This document shows, piece after piece, positions 62,204 through 64,000 of a DNA stretch of 64,000 nt. The stretch's first letter is position 1. Each line of letters begins with the position of its first letter. The translations under genes and the position numbers were made by a program. Under the pieces are notes generated by a model. That model had not been told where the DNA came from. It was given only the letters and a program-made list of their open reading frames with translations, and ran no database searches. The stretch covers positions 62,179 through 126,178 of the forward strand of contig CAYSFB010000007.1 of assembly GCA_964430735.1 (NCBI GenBank), written 5' to 3'. This stretch comes from an uncultured Planctomycetia bacterium (GTDB lineage: Bacteria; Omnitrophota; Gorgyraeia; 2-02-FULL-51-18; JAGOUK01).

Positions 62204-63448
62204 ATGTCAGCCACCGCCCCCAAAGAGTTCAGCCCCAAAACCCGGGAGCAGGTCGAATTCCTGACCCGGAACGTCGTCGAGACGCTCTCCACCGCGGAGC
62301 TCTCGTCCAAGATCGAAAAATCACTCGCCTCGGGCAAGCCGCTCAAGGTCAAGGCCGGCTTCGACCCGTCCAGCCGCGATATCCACTTCGGCCACACGGT
62401 CCTGCTCACCAAGCTCCGCGAATTTCAGGACCTGGGTCATGAGGTTCTCTTCATCATCGGCGACGCCACGGCCCGCGTAGGCGACCCCTCCGGCCGCACC
62501 GCTACCCGTCCGGTCCTGACTGACGACGTGATCAAGGAAAACGCCAAGACCTATCAGGAGCAGGCGTTCAAAATCCTCGATCCCAAGCGGACGCGCACCA
62601 TCTACAACAACGAATGGTTCGGGGAAATGAAGTTCCACGACATGATGAGCCTGGCCTCCCGCGTGACCGTAAGCCAGATCCTGCAGCGCGATGACTTCCA
62701 GAAGCGCATGAGCTCCAATGCGCCAATCAGTCTGCTCGAACTTTTTTATCCGCTGATGCAGGCCTTTGACTCCGTGAAGCTCGAGTCCGATGTCGAGCTC
62801 GGCGGCACGGACCAGAAGTTCAATCTTCTCATGGGCCGCGAACTCCAGAAGGAATTCGGCCAGGCCCCTCAAGTGGTCATGACGGTCCCGCTCCTCGTCG
62901 GTCTCGACGGCGCTCAAAAAATGTCCAAGTCGCTCGGCAACCACATCGGCGTCTCTGAAGACGCCAAATCGATGTTCGGTAAAACGATGTCCGCCTCGGA
63001 CGAGCTCATGATCCAGTTTTACAACCTGCTCACCTCGACCCGCGGTTCCGACATCCAGGAGCGCATCCGTTCCGGCGCGCTGCATCCCAAGATCGCCAAG
63101 GAAGAATTGGCCGAGCTCCTGACCGCCAAGTATTGCGGCGCCGCCGCAGCGAAGACCGCCCGCGAAGAATTCAAATCCGTTTTTTCGAATCACCAGAATC
63201 CGGCCGATATGCCCCAGGTGCAGCTCCCGTCCGGGAAGCAGCTGATCGCCAAAGTGGTTGCGGCCGCGGGTCTCGCCGCCAGCGGAGGCGCCGCGCGCCG
63301 CCTCGTCGAGCAGGGCGCCGTGACTTGGGACGGTAACGTCATCAAAGACCCGCAGGGCACGGTCGAAATCGGTTCCAAGCCGGTCGTGTTGAAGGTGGGT
63401 AAAAAAGGCTTTGCATCGGTGACCGGCGGCGGTTCCCAGGCCCTATGA
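62204..63448 (+). CDS. tyrS: tyrosine--tRNA ligase (with a C-terminal S4-like domain)
   Basis: It carries the class I motifs HFGH (HIGH) and KMSKS. Confidence 0.9.
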   Translation: MSATAPKEFSPKTREQVEFLTRNVVETLSTAELSSKIEKSLASGKPLKVKAGFDPSSRDIHFGHTVLLTKLREFQDLGHEVLFIIGDATARVGDPSGRTATRPVLTDDVIKENAKTYQEQAFKILDPKRTRTIYNNEWFGEMKFHDMMSLASRVTVSQILQRDDFQKRMSSNAPISLLELFYPLMQAFDSVKLESDVELGGTDQKFNLLMGRELQKEFGQAPQVVMTVPLLVGLDGAQKMSKSLGNHIGVSEDAKSMFGKTMSASDELMIQFYNLLTSTRGSDIQERIRSGALHPKIAKEELAELLTAKYCGAAAAKTAREEFKSVFSNHQNPADMPQVQLPSGKQLIAKVVAAAGLAASGGAARRLVEQGAVTWDGNVIKDPQGTVEIGSKPVVLKVGKKGFASVTGGGSQAL

Positions 63449-64000
63449 GCGACGAAGGCCGCCCGTCCGGCTGGAGCGCATTCACATCGGGTTTTTCTAG
63501 TTACCTCCGAGAACACCTCCCGATCACCAAGGCCCTCTTGCTCGCCGTCCTGTCCGCCGCGTCGATCGGCGCCTACGCCGCCGGTGTTTTTGACGCGGGC
63601 GACCGCGCCTTTTGGGATTTTTGCTTCCGCCACCGTCCCGCCCAGTACACGTCCCCCAAAATCGTCATCGTCGAAATCAACGAGGACGCCATCCGCTCGG
63701 TCGGCCGCTGGCCGTGGGACCGGGAATGGCACGCGACGCTGGTCCAGGCCCTCAAAGACTTCGGTGCACGGGCCGTGGCCATGGACATGCTTTTTTCAGA
63801 GCAGGCCAACCCTCAAACCGACGCCCTGCTCGCCAAAGTGATCGAGTCCTCAGGCATCGTCTATCTGCCGATGGCTTACGAAAGAATTGACGGCGCGGCC
63901 AGCCAGGGCCCCATGCGTTCTCTTCCGGCCTTCGTCCAGGGCGCGGCAGGGGAGGGGCATGGCAACGTGGAGCCCGACCCGGACGGCGTGCTGCGCAAGA
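63445..64000 (+). CDS. CHASE2 sensor-domain protein, N-terminal part; the 3' end lies outside the window
   Basis: The ATG at 63445 overlaps the tyrS TGA. It has an N-terminal TM and the CHASE2 pattern (IVIVEINEDAIRSVGRWPWDR..ALKDFGARAVAMDMLF). No stop is reached before the window ends. Confidence 0.7.
   Translation, partial: MSDEGRPSGWSAFTSGFSSYLREHLPITKALLLAVLSAASIGAYAAGVFDAGDRAFWDFCFRHRPAQYTSPKIVIVEINEDAIRSVGRWPWDREWHATLVQALKDFGARAVAMDMLFSEQANPQTDALLAKVIESSGIVYLPMAYERIDGAASQGPMRSLPAFVQGAAGEGHGNVEPDPDGVLRK

Overview
This is a 64-kb, high-GC (~65%) bacterial chromosomal segment in which every supportable gene (about 63 CDS) lies on the + strand; all long minus-strand ORFs read as GC-rich antisense shadows. 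Genes are tightly packed, with many 1-4 nt start/stop overlaps (TAATG, ATGA, GTGA) and some overlaps up to ~30 nt, so the window reads as a chain of long, translationally coupled operons. From 5' to 3' the content is: the C-terminal part of an Mrp/ApbC ATPase; several small secreted or hypothetical proteins; an ilvBNC-leuA branched-chain block; an aroE-pilD-aroC-aroK-dprA-thiS-topA-xerC block; a ~19-kb Kdo/lipid A/LPS-core supercluster (waaA, lpxK, an LpxL-ELM1 fusion, a GT4-GT9 fusion, GT4, a CE4 deacetylase, GT9, a tandem GT9-GT9, heptose kinase, kdsB, pyrG, kdsA, kdsD, kdsC, an LptC/A-like protein, lptB); a LacI-operator + secreted beta-rich protein + LacI repressor module sitting where rpoN is usually found; hpf-tig-clpP; a serine block (class V aminotransferase + serA); purA; a Firmicutes-like uppS-cdsA-dxr-rseP-proS-rimP-nusA-infB run; then trpS-scpA-scpB-pheA-hisC-tyrA-cmk-plsC-rpsA-tyrS and the start of a CHASE2 sensor protein. 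I found no rRNA, tRNA, CRISPR array or mobile element. The most unusual parts are the domain-fusion-rich LPS core cluster, the LacI-controlled secreted-protein module replacing rpoN between lptB and hpf, the structured ilvC-leuA spacer, the consensus promoter plus leader terminator upstream of rimP, and a ThiS-like protein ending in GGGA between dprA and topA. All functional calls come from reading motifs in the supplied translations; no database searches were run.
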